A DNA stretch of 64,000 nt from contig JBFEPE010000002.1 of the NCBI GenBank assembly GCA_041550235.1, forward strand, positions 909 to 64,908. The letters are read 5' to 3'. A program made the position numbers and the translations under genes. The notes under the pieces are model-generated. The model saw only the letters and a list, made by a program, of their open reading frames with translations, was not told the DNA's origin and did no database searches. Below are positions 63,669 to 64,000 of the stretch, piece by piece (position 1 is the first letter of the stretch; every line of letters starts with the position of its first letter). This DNA comes from Minisyncoccia bacterium (GTDB taxonomy: Bacteria > Patescibacteriota > Minisyncoccia > UBA6257 > JAAZHW01).

Positions 63669-64000
63669 ATGAAATTTTTTGAGAAAATAAGGCAGGTATT
63701 TCTATTACCTGACTTAAGAAAAAAAATATTTATAGTCTTGGCTCTATTAGTAGTAGTCCGATTATTTGCCGCCGTTCCAGTTCCGGGAATAGATGCCGAA
63801 AGATTGAAGGCAATTTTTGCTTCCAGTCAATTGCTGGGAATATTAAATATATTCTCAGGAGGAACACTTAGCAACTTATCCATTGTGATGCTTGGAGTTG
63901 CCCCATATATTACCGCGACGATTATTATGCAACTTTTGACAATGGTTTTCCCAAGATTAAAAGAAATGTATCATGAAGAAGGTGAGGCAGGCAAGCAAAA
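63669..64000 (+). CDS. secY: preprotein translocase SecY, 3'-partial (runs off the window end)
   Basis: Own translation: MKFFEKIRQVFLLPDLRKKIFIVLALLVVVRLFAAVPVPGIDAERLKAIFASSQLLGILNIFSGGTLSNLSIVMLGVAPYITATIIMQLL.. Absent from the ORF track because no stop codon falls inside the window. Confidence 0.85.
   Translation, partial: MKFFEKIRQVFLLPDLRKKIFIVLALLVVVRLFAAVPVPGIDAERLKAIFASSQLLGILNIFSGGTLSNLSIVMLGVAPYITATIIMQLLTMVFPRLKEMYHEEGEAGKQ

Overview
This is a 64-kb window of AT-rich DNA (about 30% GC by eye) that reads like a small-genome, Patescibacteria/CPR-like bacterium. That assignment is inference from gene content and architecture. Both strands are densely coding.

Recognisable core genes:
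- A 5'-partial ctpA, rplI, prmC, and S10-operon genes rplC-rplD-rplW.
- ftsK, recA, rnhA, and a split division/cell-wall cluster (mraZ, rsmH, ftsL-like, and a distant ftsQ-like gene).
- valS, secD and secF, pilM/N/O plus a pilin, gap, rpsB-tsf, rpmB.
- A fragmented spc operon rplN-rplX-rplE-rpsZ-rpsH-rplF-rplR-rpsE-rplO-secY (3'-partial); L30 is absent.
- Seven tRNAs: Leu-CAA, Lys-CTT, Lys-TTT, Leu-TAG, Thr-CGT, Thr-TGT, Tyr-GTA. None encodes the CCA end.

Accessory content:
- A BcgI-like Type IIB restriction-modification pair: a nuclease-methyltransferase fusion plus a separate two-TRD specificity subunit.
- Upstream of it, a 571-aa protein with isoprenoid-synthase-like DDxxD and NDxxHxxxE motifs.
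- A Doc-family toxin with a Cys-rich partner.
- Two HicA/HicB-like modules; one is bounded by DnaA-box-like inverted repeats.
- A HEPN-motif protein, an NYN protein, and a frameshifted AlkD-like repair gene beside a nitrilase-family remnant.
- Multi-gene insertions that split secD from secF, mraZ from rsmH, rplC from rplD and rplO from secY.

The most striking feature is a pervasive family of GC-rich hairpin repeats (core CCGCC-NNN-GGCGG or CCCCTCGC-N3-4-GCGAGGGG). These sit in nearly every intergenic gap. They combine in both orientations into 150-290-bp BIME-like mosaic blocks. They include about 80-160-bp MITE-like units with CTTGTCA/TGACAAG terminal inverted repeats.

A roughly 270-nt candidate structured RNA under a near-consensus sigma70 promoter could not be assigned to a known RNA family. 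No rRNA, CRISPR array, transposase or integrase was found.
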